The position numbers and the translations under genes were made by a program. A stretch of DNA of 64,000 nucleotides, taken from assembly GCA_040218735.1 (NCBI GenBank), contig JAVJQW010000012.1, positions 32,001-96,000 on the forward strand, written 5' to 3'. The stretch is from Deltaproteobacteria bacterium. GTDB taxonomy: Bacteria > Myxococcota > Kuafuiibacteriia > Kuafuiibacteriales > Kuafuiibacteriaceae. The notes below the pieces were generated by a model. The model was not told where the DNA came from. It searched no databases and saw only the letters and a list, made by a program, of their open reading frames with translations. How positions within the stretch are numbered: position 1 is the stretch's first letter; each line of letters opens with the position of its first letter. Shown in pieces: positions 58,238 to 64,000 of this stretch.

Positions 58238-59415
58238 TGTCGCTTCTCCCTTCGCGCCTCCTCCGCTTCGGCTTTGCGGTGGTGCAGGCGCATGTGTCCC
58301 TTTTGGATGCCCTCCCCCGCGAGCGCCTTGAGCGCCGCGAAGTTGCAGGCGAGCCCGGCCGCGGCCATGACCACGGCGAGCTTCTTCGCATCTCGGCTCC
58401 CGAGGAGCTCGAAGGCCGCCTCGACGCCGCCGTGCGCGCGCGTGGATCCACCCACGGTGGCGACCGCGAGCGGCATCTCGAGGCGCCCCTCGACGCCATC
58501 CTCGGTGCGGCGCCACACGGCGATCGGCTTGTAGCTCCCGTCGAGCGCCGCGTAGGCGTGAGCGCCGGCTTCGATCGAGCGCCAGTCCTGGCCGAGCGCG
58601 ACCGCGACCGCGTCGACCGCGTTCATCACGCCCTTGTTGTGCGTGACGGCGCGGAAGGGATCGAGCTCCGCGAAACGGCTCGCGCGCACGATACGCTCGG
58701 CCATCTCGTCACCGCCGAGCGCCTCGGCGCTCACGCGCGCGGCGACCCAGACCATCCGACGCAGCGGGAGGTTGCTGAGGATCCGCAGCCCGATCTCGCC
58801 GCCGATGCGCTCCTGGACGACGGGCGCCACGGCCTCCGCGACGGTGTCGACGAGGTTCGCGCCCATCGCGTCGCCGACGTCGACGTAGAAGTGCAGGACG
58901 ACCACGCCCTCCGCTTCGTCGAGCACGCGACAGTCGAGGTCTTCACAACCGCCGCCGCGCTGGACCATCCGCGGGATGGCCGCGTTGGCGGCGTCGATCA
59001 ACGTCTGTTTGGCGGCCTCGATCTTCGCGGGGGCATCGGCGGCGTTCGGCACCGCGTCGAGCTGAACCTGCGCCGTCATCACCGCACGGTCCGCTTCACC
59101 CGTGAAGCCCCCCGCGATGCGCACGAGGCGCGCAGCGTTCGAGGCGGCGGCGACGATCGACGGCTCCTCCACCGCCATCGGGACGAGCACGTCCTCCTGG
59201 TTCACGCGGAAGTTGAGCGCCACCGACAGCGGGAGCGCCTGCGTGGCGACGACGTTCTCGCTCATCTTGTCGACGTCCGCGACCGGCACGACACCGCCGG
59301 CCGCGAGGTGTTCGGCCGCCGCGTCGGTGAGCACGCCGGTGTCCACCAGGCGCTGCAGGCGCTCCGGTATCGCGAGGCGATGGAAGCCGGAGATTCGGCT
59401 GGTGAAGTTGGTCAT
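58234..59415 (-). CDS. mvaA: Class II HMG-CoA reductase
   Basis: SENVV, PMAVEEPSIVAA, DAMGAN, RILSNL, THNKG, GIQKGHM. Confidence 0.93.
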   Translation of the reverse strand: MTNFTSRISGFHRLAIPERLQRLVDTGVLTDAAAEHLAAGGVVPVADVDKMSENVVATQALPLSVALNFRVNQEDVLVPMAVEEPSIVAAASNAARLVRIAGGFTGEADRAVMTAQVQLDAVPNAADAPAKIEAAKQTLIDAANAAIPRMVQRGGGCEDLDCRVLDEAEGVVVLHFYVDVGDAMGANLVDTVAEAVAPVVQERIGGEIGLRILSNLPLRRMVWVAARVSAEALGGDEMAERIVRASRFAELDPFRAVTHNKGVMNAVDAVAVALGQDWRSIEAGAHAYAALDGSYKPIAVWRRTEDGVEGRLEMPLAVATVGGSTRAHGGVEAAFELLGSRDAKKLAVVMAAAGLACNFAALKALAGEGIQKGHMRLHHRKAEAEEARREKRQ

Positions 59416-60386
59416 GGGGCATCCTTCGCGTAGGCCGCGATCGCGGCGATCGTGTCGATGGAGACGGCCTGCGGACCGTCGCTCAGCGCATCCGAGGGCC
59501 GGTCGTGGGCCTCGACCATCACGCCGTGCGCGCCGGCCGCGAGCGCCGCCCGCGCGAGCGGCTCGACGAGATCCTTGCGCCCCGTGCCGTGCGACGGGTC
59601 GACGATGACGGGCTGCCCGTACACGTGCGAGACGAGCGCGACCGCGCCGAGGTCGACGAGGTTGCGCGTGCTCGGATCGAAGCTCCGAATGCCGCGCTCG
59701 CAGAACACGACCGCGGGCGCACCGTGCATCAGGCAGTACTCCGCCGAGCTCAGCCACTCCTCGACCGTCGCGGACATGCCGCGCTTGAGGAAGATCGGCT
59801 TCTTCGCCCCGGCCGCGTGCTCGAGCAGCGCGTAGTTGTGCATGTTGCGCGAGCCGATCTGGATCAGGTCCGCGAACTCCGCGACCTCGTCACGTTTGTA
59901 CTCGCTCATCAGCTCCGTGATGAGCCCCATGCCGTGGTCGTGCGCGGCGCGCGCGAGCCACCGGAGCGCCTCGTCCCCGTGGCCGCGGAACGCGTACGGC
60001 GATGTGCGCGGTTTGAACGCCCCGCCCCGCAGGAACGAAACGCCCAACGGCGCGAGCTGCCCGGCGATGCGCCGGACCGAGTCCTCCGACTCGACGCTGC
60101 ACGGCCCCGCGATCACGGTGCGCGGCGCGTCGACGCCGATCTTGTGCGCACCGATCTCGATGGTGCGCGGCTGCGCGTCCAGGAGGGGGTGCGGCGACTT
60201 CTTCGTCGCGACGGACGCGACGCCTTCGATCGACTCGATGACCTTCGCGTCGATGTTCGTCGAGTGTGCGCTCGTCGTGAGCACGACCCGACCGTCCGCG
60301 ACATGTTCGTCGGCCCAGACTCCGAGCTCGACGAGCGTTCGCTTCACCTTCTTGGGGTCTGCAGTGGGTTGAATGGTGATGATCAC
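59412..60386 (-). CDS. aroF: DAHP synthase type I-beta
   Basis: AAAGGAGG RBS; IAGPCSVES, GGAFKPRTSPY, IGSRNM, CERGIR, DPSHG, SDGPQ. Confidence 0.93.
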   Translation of the reverse strand: MIITIQPTADPKKVKRTLVELGVWADEHVADGRVVLTTSAHSTNIDAKVIESIEGVASVATKKSPHPLLDAQPRTIEIGAHKIGVDAPRTVIAGPCSVESEDSVRRIAGQLAPLGVSFLRGGAFKPRTSPYAFRGHGDEALRWLARAAHDHGMGLITELMSEYKRDEVAEFADLIQIGSRNMHNYALLEHAAGAKKPIFLKRGMSATVEEWLSSAEYCLMHGAPAVVFCERGIRSFDPSTRNLVDLGAVALVSHVYGQPVIVDPSHGTGRKDLVEPLARAALAAGAHGVMVEAHDRPSDALSDGPQAVSIDTIAAIAAYAKDAP

Positions 60387-60402
60387 TGTCGGACCTCCTT
60401 TC

Positions 60403-61479
60403 TCAAGCCTTCCGCGAGAGCGCGGCGCGGGCGACGACTTCGAGGGCGTCGCGAGCGGCGCTCGGCGGCAGCGTGGACAACAGCTCGATCGCGCGATCCA
60501 CGTGGGTGGTCGCGAGCGCCGTCGTCTCTTCGATGGCACCGGTCTTCTTCAGCGTCTCGGCGACGCGACCGGCGATGTCGGCGTCGACGCGCCCCTCGTT
60601 GGCGGCGCGTTGGAGCCAGGGGCGTAGCGACGGGTCCCGCTCCAACGCGAGGAGGATCGGGTACGTCACCTTGCCCTCTTCCAGGTCGATGAAGAGCGCC
60701 TTACCGGTCTGGTCGGCGTCCCCCGCGAGGTCGAGCGTGTCGTCGACGATCTGGAACGCAAGACCGAGGTGGCGGCCGTAGTCCTCGAGCGCACGCACCG
60801 CCGGCTCCGGGAGCCCGCCGGCGCGGGCGCCGGCCTGCATCGCCCACTTGAAGAGCGACGCCGTCTTGCCGTCGATGACCGAGAAGTACACCTCGCGGTC
60901 GGCCATGAGGCGTCCGCGATGCTCGAGCTGGAGCGACTCCGCGACGATCATCGTGTCGATCGTCTCGAGCAGCTCGTCGAGGACGCGGTCGACGCCGGCC
61001 TTGCGGACGCGGCGGAGCGCCTCGATGAGGAGCCAGTCCCCGGCGAAGACACTCGCGGCGTTCCCGTACAGCAGGCGCGCGGTCGGCTCGCCGCGACGCA
61101 CGGTGCCCTGGTCGACGACGTCGTCGTGCAGCAGGGTCGCGCTGTGGACGAGCTCCACGGAGACGGCGAGCTCACGGGCGCGCTCGTCGAAGCCCGACCC
61201 GGCGCGCGCGGCGAGCGCGACGCAGACCGGGCGGAGGCGCTTGCCTTCGAGCGACAGCAGGTGCCGCGCGCTCTTCTGCACCAGGTCGTCGGCGGCGCCG
61301 AGGCGGGACAGGACCATCTCCACCTCGACGAGGTCGCCGGCCACGAAGCCGGCGAGATCCGAGATGGCGACCGCCAGCTGCTGCATCCCCTTGGCTTCAC
61401 AGACGCTCTGTAGGCGGTTGAGGACCTGGGTCTCCACCGGCGGTTCGATGTTTTGGGCCAGCACTGCTCCATCCGTCAT
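60403..61479 (-). CDS. Polyprenyl diphosphate synthase (IspB/HepT-like)
   Basis: GKRLRP, LHDDVVD..RRG, KTASLF, FQIVDDTLD. Confidence 0.93.
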   Translation of the reverse strand: MTDGAVLAQNIEPPVETQVLNRLQSVCEAKGMQQLAVAISDLAGFVAGDLVEVEMVLSRLGAADDLVQKSARHLLSLEGKRLRPVCVALAARAGSGFDERARELAVSVELVHSATLLHDDVVDQGTVRRGEPTARLLYGNAASVFAGDWLLIEALRRVRKAGVDRVLDELLETIDTMIVAESLQLEHRGRLMADREVYFSVIDGKTASLFKWAMQAGARAGGLPEPAVRALEDYGRHLGLAFQIVDDTLDLAGDADQTGKALFIDLEEGKVTYPILLALERDPSLRPWLQRAANEGRVDADIAGRVAETLKKTGAIEETTALATTHVDRAIELLSTLPPSAARDALEVVARAALSRKA

Positions 61480-61501
61480 GGGCTCTCCCTCGTTTCGTTG
61501 A

Positions 61502-61614
61502 TTCAACATTCGTTGAACTCCGAGGATTTCATTGCGATCCGAAGGATTCATGGGTCGGATCCGCGGCGAGCGGACTATGTCGCATCACCACGGGTTGTTC
61601 AATGGCTATTGAAC
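61502..61614. promoter_or_regulatory. Two TTCAA-N6-TTGAA inverted repeats; candidate GbsR-type operators
   Basis: TTCAACATTCGTTGAA (61502-61517) and GTTCAATGGCTATTGAAC (61597-61614) in the divergent intergenic region. Confidence 0.7.
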
Positions 61615-61664
61615 TCGATGCGATCAGGTGACGTTTTTTCAACGCAACGCGACACGAAAGGAGT

Positions 61665-62285
61665 ATGGTGGTGAGCGTGGCGAAGCCGTCGAGCAACCGT
61701 GGCGCGCCTTTGGGCGCCGCGCCGAGCCCCGGCTCGGACCGACTCACACTGCGCGTCGTCGCCGTCTGTGACGCCGTTGGCGCCTATATCGAAGGTTGGG
61801 GCTTCCGGTCGATCCACGGCCGCGTGTGGGCCCTCCTTGCGATGCGCAGCGGACCCATGTCGCAGGCGGAGATCGCCGAAACCCTCGGCGTCAGCCGCTC
61901 GCTCGTGAGTTTGGCGATCTCTGAACTGACGCAGTTCGGCCTCGTCCGCCCCACCAGCGACGCCCGCAACGCGCCCTGGGAGCCGACCTGGGACGTGTGG
62001 CCGACCATCACAGACGTCATCCGATCCCGCGAATGGATGCAGATGGAGCGCGCGCGCCAGGCACTCGAGGCGGCCCTGTCCGAGGTTCAGTTCGCCCGCG
62101 ACAGCGGCACCCCGTCCCCCTGGGACGAGCGGCGAATTCGACTGTTGTTGACGATGACCGAGTTCGCACAAGTCAGCCTGCGCGCGATCCTCTCGGTGCG
62201 GATGCCGCGCTCGCTCGACCAGTTCGGGACGTGGCTCGAGCGCAGCAGCCGGGTCATCGAGCGCGTGAAGAACTTCCTCCCCTGA
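61665..62285 (+). CDS. GbsR/MarR family transcriptional regulator
   Basis: AAAGGAG RBS; WGFRSIHGRVWALL, MSQAEIAETLGVSRSLVSLAISEL..FGLV. Confidence 0.88.
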   Translation: MVVSVAKPSSNRGAPLGAAPSPGSDRLTLRVVAVCDAVGAYIEGWGFRSIHGRVWALLAMRSGPMSQAEIAETLGVSRSLVSLAISELTQFGLVRPTSDARNAPWEPTWDVWPTITDVIRSREWMQMERARQALEAALSEVQFARDSGTPSPWDERRIRLLLTMTEFAQVSLRAILSVRMPRSLDQFGTWLERSSRVIERVKNFLP

Positions 62286-62294
62286 ACCCCGCTC

Positions 62295-63494
62295 TCAGGG
62301 CTCGGCGAGCGCGGTCTTCATGCGCCGCGCGACGGCCGCCATCGCCACCAGCAACGTCGTCGCCGCGAGCTGACCCGTCGGGTCGTGCGGCCCCGAGCGC
62401 TGCGCGACCTCCGTCACATCGATCCCCACGATCCGTCGCGACCAAGCGATCCGATCCACGAGCGACAACAGCTGCGAAGACGTGAGGCCCCCCGGCACCG
62501 GCGTCCCCGTCGACGGCGCGTGCGCCGGATCGACCGCGTCGATGTCGATGCTCAGGTAGTAGGAGAGATCGTCCGGCGCGGCGTCCAGGACCGCTGACAC
62601 ACCGGCCTCCTCCAACGTCGCCATCCCCACCGGGAACGCGCGCGGGTGGGTCTGGTCTTCGGCGCCCGACAGGAAGCCCCGCAAGCCGACTTGCACGACG
62701 CGGTCGACGTGCGGCAGCCGATCCAGCACCGCCCGGAACACGTTGCCGTGGTGGACCCGATCGATCTCCACAGACCCGAGATCCGTGTGCGCGTCGATGT
62801 GAATGATCCCCACGGGCTCCCGCGGGAACGCGCGCAGCGCGGGGTACGTAATGCTGTGGTCGCCCCCGAGCAACACCGGGATCGCGCCGGACGCGAGCAG
62901 CTCGCCCACGGCGCCCTCCACCCGATCGAACAGCTCGTGGGAGGACGATCCCGGCGGCACCACGACGTCGCCCGCGTCGGACATCCACACGCCCTCCAGG
63001 ACCGTTCGCCCGGACGACGTGTCGAAGAACCCCAGCGGCTGCCCCGAGTGGGGGTGGAGGCTGTAGACCATGCCGTGTGACCCGGCGCGGATCGACTCGG
63101 GACCGTAGCGCGCGCCGGGTGCGTGGGTGGTGCCCCCGTCGTAGGGCACGCCGAGGAACCCGAACGCCACCGGCGTATCCGGGGCGAAGCGCGGCGCACC
63201 GAACAGGGTCTCGGCGACCGGGGCGCGGTCGGGCCACGCGAGCGCGTCTTCGGACTCGAAGGGGACGAGAATGTTCGCGGCTTCCAGCGCTTGGAGCGCC
63301 CGCTCGGCCGCCGCGCGCGGTCCGGGCGCGGCGTCCGCGGTCGCGGCGATCGTCGCGCCCCGCTCGAACGTCGCGAGCACCGGGACCAGGGTCGCGTCGA
63401 TCACCACGACCTCGCCCCGGCGGCGGACTTCGTACCGACCGTCGCCGAGCGGGACGACCTCCGCGTCGATCGCGAGCATGCGCCGATCCGTCAT
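62295..63494 (-). CDS. Agmatinase/arginase-family ureohydrolase with extra N-terminal wHTH (RRE-like) domain
   Basis: GVPYD, GARYGP, GGDHS, DAHTD, SIDIDAVD, TGTPVPGG; about 80-aa N-terminal extension. Confidence 0.85.
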   Translation of the reverse strand: MTDRRMLAIDAEVVPLGDGRYEVRRRGEVVVIDATLVPVLATFERGATIAATADAAPGPRAAAERALQALEAANILVPFESEDALAWPDRAPVAETLFGAPRFAPDTPVAFGFLGVPYDGGTTHAPGARYGPESIRAGSHGMVYSLHPHSGQPLGFFDTSSGRTVLEGVWMSDAGDVVVPPGSSSHELFDRVEGAVGELLASGAIPVLLGGDHSITYPALRAFPREPVGIIHIDAHTDLGSVEIDRVHHGNVFRAVLDRLPHVDRVVQVGLRGFLSGAEDQTHPRAFPVGMATLEEAGVSAVLDAAPDDLSYYLSIDIDAVDPAHAPSTGTPVPGGLTSSQLLSLVDRIAWSRRIVGIDVTEVAQRSGPHDPTGQLAATTLLVAMAAVARRMKTALAEP

Positions 63495-63527
63495 TTCGTC
63501 ACCCGACTACCACGCGAATGGGGTCCC

Positions 63528-63920
63528 GTGGCGGCCAGACCGGAGTATAATGGCATCATCGAAGCGAAGCAGAAGGCTCTCGCCGCCGCGCGCGCGGCGC
63601 AGGACATCAAGGGCCAAAACCTCACCATCATCGATCTGTCCGGCGTGTGCTCGTACACGGACTACCTCGTCATCGTCACGGCCTACTCGGATCGACAGAC
63701 CCACGCGATCGGAGACGGCGTCGTGGACGACCTCAAGAAGGCCGGCATTCGGCCGCTTGCGCGTGAGGGCCAGGGCTCCTGGATCCTGATCGACTTCGGC
63801 GACGTCATCGTCCACGTCTTCCACGAGGACGCCCGCGCCTTCTACGATCTCGACAAGCTGTGGTCGGACGCGCCCCGCCTCCCGGTGCCGCCGCCCACCA
63901 GCGTCGTCGCCGCGAGCTGA
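63528..63920 (+). CDS. rsfS: Ribosome silencing factor (start uncertain: GTG 63528 or ATC 63555/63558)
   Basis: DIKGQNL..IDL, TDYLVI, WILIDFGDVIVHVF..RAFYDLDKLW. Confidence 0.93.
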   Translation: MAARPEYNGIIEAKQKALAAARAAQDIKGQNLTIIDLSGVCSYTDYLVIVTAYSDRQTHAIGDGVVDDLKKAGIRPLAREGQGSWILIDFGDVIVHVFHEDARAFYDLDKLWSDAPRLPVPPPTSVVAAS

Positions 63921-63949
63921 CGGCGACGGGCTTCGACCTAGACCATAAC

Positions 63950-63972
63950 GGTCCCTCGCTTCGCGAGGGACC
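63950..63972. terminator. Perfect 10-bp hairpin after rsfS; possible terminator
   Basis: GGTCCCTCGC-TTC-GCGAGGGACC; only a short T tail. Confidence 0.45.
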
Positions 63973-64000
63973 TTGGCACAGTCCTCAGACCCGCCGCATT

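Overview
High-GC, gene-dense window that reads like a myxobacterium (Myxococcota/Deltaproteobacteria). This is inferred from Cys-rich lipoproteins, PEGA proteins, a membrane Ser/Thr kinase and a mevalonate-pathway enzyme. About 57 CDSs are supported; no rRNA, tRNA or CRISPR array was seen. Housekeeping content: ppc, hemH, fghA, rsfS, M1 and M17 peptidases, an AbmA-type flavoprotein, MFS transporters, a two-component system, the xrtO/PEP-CTERM pair, and a menaquinone operon that also carries DAHP synthase and HMG-CoA reductase. The best candidate for an undescribed system is at 16.5-25.4 kb. It contains a Crp/Fnr gene with two copies of a CGACA-NN-TGTCG palindrome. It also has a four-gene coupled operon: a lipoprotein with a very long (about 70+70 residue) proline-free Ser/Thr-rich hairpin of beta-pore-forming-toxin type, a PPC-like lipoprotein, and two proteins each carrying a single TolC-like repeat (one fused to a beta-propeller). 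Other signals are a GbsR-type regulator with two TTCAA-N6-TTGAA sites ahead of the men operon, a flap-truncated HMG-CoA reductase, an orphan ureohydrolase with an RRE-like N-terminus, a degenerate DnaB-like domain, a duplicated kinase 3' end, a RAYT transposase with REP-like repeats, an IS256 remnant and a homopolymer frameshift. All family calls come from motif recognition by eye; no searches were run.
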